The position numbers were made by a program, and so were the translations under genes. The notes under the pieces were generated by a model. That model saw only the letters and a list, made by a program, of their open reading frames with translations. It was not told the DNA's origin and did not search any database. A stretch of DNA of 64,000 bases, taken from the NCBI RefSeq assembly GCF_963921235.1, contig NC_086097.1, positions 235,044,001 to 235,108,000 of the forward strand, in the 5' to 3' direction. Source of the stretch: Mobula hypostoma. Its lineage: Eukaryota. Positions 63,763 through 64,000 of this stretch are shown here, in pieces; the stretch's first letter is position 1; every line of letters starts with the position of its first letter.

Positions 63763-64000
63763 AACATAAAGAGTGTGAAGGAAATTTTTAAATTCACGTT
63801 ACCATATGCATGCTGGGGTTTAAATCTGCTTTAACTGTTTTCAAGAATTCCATTTAAATGTGACACCATTCATTGTCTTAACTATTTAATATGTCTGATC
63901 TATTTAATATGTTATAATTCCTTTTAAAAAAGCTTCAGTTTCTGCAGGTGTTACTTAACCAGAGTGCTGTTGACAGGAAAGCATGTTTTTAATTCAGTTG

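Overview
Vertebrate genomic DNA, most likely from a cartilaginous fish. This is inferred from abundant HE1-like V-SINEs with CR1/HER1-like LINEs. The window is mostly a nested graveyard of transposable elements: CR1 LINEs (one young, near-complete), Rex1/Babar, RTE, L1, R4/Dong and Penelope-like retroelements, Tigger/pogo and Tc1 DNA transposons, five solo LTRs with clean target-site duplications (TSDs), and several tRNA-derived SINE families. No intact host gene is recognisable, only weak exon candidates near 24.2 kb and 55-58 kb. Main findings: (1) bases ~1-930 (minus strand) encode a decayed protein whose motif spacing matches foamy-virus (spumaretrovirus) Gag, suggesting an endogenous foamy-like provirus that continues left of the window. 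(2) A 564-bp non-autonomous RTE-type element begins exactly with a fully base-paired HDV-like ribozyme that carries an extra hairpin in loop L3. (3) Penelope-derived fold-back elements carry decayed minimal hammerhead ribozymes. Family assignments come from motif recognition by eye, and no searches were run. Boundaries of old elements are approximate.
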